A stretch of DNA of 64,000 bases from the sequence record NZ_CP023785.1, one strand, 5' to 3'. This DNA is from a plasmid. The stretch's first letter is position 1. Every line of letters starts with the position of its first letter. The position numbers and the translations under genes were made by a program. The notes under the pieces are model-generated. The model was given only the letters and a program-made list of their open reading frames with translations, did no database searches and was not told where the DNA came from. Shown here piece after piece: positions 62,860 to 64,000 of the stretch.

Positions 62860-63900
62860 TCTATTATAAAAGAAGATATATATCATTTCTTAATTACCTA
62901 CTACCTTAAACCAAAATTTAAGTACTACCTAATTTAAGTATTACTTAAACAATCTAAAAAATAGTTATCCCAATTGTTATGCTTTTATAATACGATTATT
63001 TGTAACAAAATGAATATTATATAATTAAACACTACCATATTTAGGTAGTGTTTAATTATTAGCAAAACAAAAAATATTTATTCTATTCTCTTAACTTCAA
63101 CTAAGTTATGCTGCACACCTTTATATAAATCATATGCAACTCATTAGCTAGACAAACTACAAGCATGTAGTTTTATCTGTTAATTATGTACTACCTAAAT
63201 AAAGTAGTTTATAATTAGCAAGTATATATATTTAAAAATTTAAGATTAATTTTTTTATGACTTGTACAAATTTATCTGATATTCTCTTATTAAGAACTAC
63301 CTAATTTGGGTAGTTCTTATTTTTTACATTTTAAGTAGTATTTAATTGCAATTTGGTAGTATTTTTTTATTATCTTATTCTTAGAACGGTAGTACTTAAT
63401 ATAAATATAGGTAGTATCTAATTTAAGTATTAATGGTAGTATCTAAATTAACAGGTAGTATGTAACTACTTTAAAGTAATTTTTTTCAGATTAACACAGT
63501 AGTATCTTATTAAATAAGTTAATTTTAATGGTAGTACATAATTATTATATATATCTGACATTGGTAGTACTTATTGTATTTTTTAGTAGTATATAATCTA
63601 TTGTTTTCTAGCCTAAAGCCTTGTCTTATAAGAATAATATAATATATACTACTGAAATAAGGTAGTATATATTACTAGTAATGGTAGTATGTTTTATATG
63701 CATAAGGTAGTTCTTAATTTATTTTTTGTTTTGACACTGGTAGTACTTAATTATCTTTAATTTTAAAACTAAATTTTATTCATACGTTTTTCTGGTAGTA
63801 TTTAATTATAAATAATATTTATTTAAAGTAGTTCTTAATGACTTTAAAGGTAGTACATAATTCATTTTATTTCTGATTTTAGGTAGTATTTAATTAAAAA
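62860..63900. repeat. array of >25 iteron-like repeats (G)GTAGTA(C/T) / TACTACC, many as inverted pairs separated by a few bp, in very AT-rich DNA
   Basis: e.g. tactacctaaaataggtagta (62330-62352), cactaccatatttaggtagtg (63031-63053), ggtagtatctaatttaagtattaatggtagtatctaaattaacaggtagtatgtaactac (63410-63470). Confidence 0.7.
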
Positions 63901-64000
63901 ACAGTTTTAATGCGTTTGCATTTTTTATTTATCTTTGCTATTTTCGAAAAGAGTAGGTAATTTTACATAAATAAAACAACGTGAAAGTAGAGGATCTACA

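Noticed and set aside
62860-63900. Possible CRISPR array because of many short repeats
   Set aside because: Repeat unit is only 7-8 bp (GGTAGTA), irregularly spaced, often inverted, no 25-40-bp direct repeats or cas genes; better explained as plasmid iterons.

Overview
This window reads as a mosaic accessory region of an Enterococcus-type (low-GC Firmicutes) plasmid, built largely from insertion sequences. Inferred from the sequence alone, no searches were run.

Mobile elements:
- Nine IS6-family copies or fragments. Five are intact IS1216-like, one is a second IS6 variant, one is an IS1216/variant hybrid with a nonsense codon, and two are truncated.
- One intact IS256, and a second IS256-family member inserted inside the aac(6')-aph(2'') gentamicin-resistance gene. 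That gene is also 5'-truncated by IS1216, so the Tn4001-like resistance module is decayed. A third IS256-family end lies at the window start.
- One each of IS1380-family, IS982-family and IS605-family (tnpA+tnpB, with a miniature PATE-like derivative); two IS3-family elements, one of them degenerate; an IS200-like tnpA pseudogene; and fragments of IS110- and IS21-family transposases.
- A Tn3-family remnant: 38-bp GGGG terminal IRs, a tnpA 3' fragment and tnpR.

Cargo carried between the IS:
- A candidate cell-wall-targeting bacteriolysin-like locus (11.4-15.5 kb). It encodes a 783-aa protein with peptidoglycan-binding repeats and a DUF1906/GH-like domain, plus secreted and membrane partners.
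- Two remnants of pT181-family (Rep_trans) rolling-circle replicons. One keeps a textbook attenuator leader and a dso-like nick motif. The other lies between direct IS1216 copies.
- A complete lactococcal-type citrate-lyase cluster (citI / citM-transporter-citCDEFXG).
- A type Ib partition module (parA plus a small adaptor) with TAGTA-type iterons.
- Two paralogous AbrB/MazE-antitoxin + RelE/ParE-toxin pairs.
- A sucrose/fructan ABC-uptake plus GH32 plus fructokinase locus with a LacI regulator.
- An XRE-regulated operon encoding a DnaQ-like DEDDh exonuclease fused to TPR-like and NUMOD-like modules. It is a candidate phage-defence or other novel system.
- Two NADPH-FMN-reductase-family genes plus apbE, and an Rgg-like regulator.
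- A strongly promoted small secreted-peptide gene trapped between two IS1216 copies.
- A par/Fst-like type I toxin-antitoxin module with convergent RNAs, next to a dense array of inverted TAGTA iteron pairs that probably marks a replication or partition origin.
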